This document shows positions 5,310 through 5,669 of a stretch of DNA of 5,669 nt, piece after piece. The stretch's first letter is position 1. Each line of letters begins with the position of its first letter. The stretch comes from a virus. Its lineage: Duplodnaviria > Heunggongvirae > Uroviricota > Caudoviricetes. Below the pieces are notes generated by a model. That model searched no databases, had not been told where the DNA came from, and was given only the letters and a program-made list of their open reading frames with translations. The DNA lies in the IMG/VR virus record IMGVR_UViG_3300029253_000142; one strand, written 5' to 3'. Position numbers and translations under genes: made by a program.

Positions 5310-5669
5310 ATGCTTAATACTGTAAAAATATCCAGTTGTGAGTTAATCAACGCCGACTGCCTGGAATTTATCCGGTCGTTACCCGAAAATTCTGTTGACC
5401 TGATAGTCACGGACCCGCCGTACTTTAAAGTGAAGCCTGAGGGCTGGGATAACCAGTGGAAGGGCGACGATGATTACCTGAAGTGGCTGGACCAGTGTCT
5501 GGCGCAGTTCTGGCGGGTGCTGAAACCTGCCGGAAGTCTTTACCTGTTCTGTGGTCATCGCCTGGCATCTGATATCGAAATCATGATGCGTGAACGCTTC
5601 AGTGTGCTGAACCATATTATCTGGGCGAAGCCGTCCGGACGCTGGAACGGATGCAACAAGGAAAGCCTG
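5310..5669 (+). CDS. DNA N6-adenine methyltransferase, beta-class, YhdJ-like (5' partial; runs off window end)
   Basis: Translation MLNTVKISSCELINADCLEFIRSLPENSVDLIVTDPPYF... carries the DPPY catalytic motif preceded by a region resembling the N-terminus of E. coli YhdJ (VDLIFADPPYN). In-frame stops at 5301-5306 fix ATG 5310 as the first possible start; the SD is weak. The frame is open to the last base of the window. Confidence 0.85.
   Translation, partial: MLNTVKISSCELINADCLEFIRSLPENSVDLIVTDPPYFKVKPEGWDNQWKGDDDYLKWLDQCLAQFWRVLKPAGSLYLFCGHRLASDIEIMMRERFSVLNHIIWAKPSGRWNGCNKESL

Larger units (their letters stand above)
1..5669 (+). mobile_element. Segment of a lambdoid (Qin-like) prophage: accessory genes followed by the ydfU-rusA-Q block and the region downstream of Q
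   Basis: Gene content and order (hok, rem-like, DUF968 ydfU-like, rusA, Q-like, terminator, methyltransferase) are typical of lambdoid prophage nin/Q regions. All supported genes are co-oriented. No integrase or attachment site is in the window, so the element boundaries are unknown. Confidence 0.75.

Noticed and set aside
5135-5317. 60-aa + strand ORF spanning the terminator and hairpins
   Set aside because: It runs through two strong RNA structures, has no SD and is Ala/Ser/Gly-rich; likely non-coding.
5379-5615. 78-aa minus-strand ORF
   Set aside because: Antisense to the methyltransferase gene, whose DPPY-containing frame is clearly the coding one.
1-5669. tRNA genes, CRISPR arrays, IS elements
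   Set aside because: No cloverleaf-compatible sequences with a T-loop consensus, no repeat-spacer arrays and no IS-like terminal inverted repeats were seen by eye. This was not a computational search, so small RNAs cannot be excluded.

Overview
This window reads as the early-right (nin/Q) region of a Qin-like lambdoid prophage of E. coli/Shigella type, with every supported gene on the + strand. In order: the 3' end of an upstream gene; a 77-aa ORF resembling the N-terminus of a SAM methyltransferase; a QueH-like (DUF208) epoxyqueuosine reductase homolog; an apparently complete hok/mok/sok type I toxin-antitoxin locus; a Rem-like small protein; a 92-aa unknown ORF; a YdfU-like DUF968 Cys/His-rich protein; RusA Holliday-junction resolvase; a putative Q antiterminator with a terminator just downstream; a small ORF; and the 5' part of a YhdJ-like DPPY adenine DNA methyltransferase running off the window. 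The stretches most worth follow-up are the QueH-like cargo gene and the small-ORF/palindrome/methyltransferase module after Q; neither can be called a new system from sequence alone. All calls rest on reading the sequence and remembered family motifs; no database search was run, and gene symbols reflect recalled sequence or synteny, not a measured identity.
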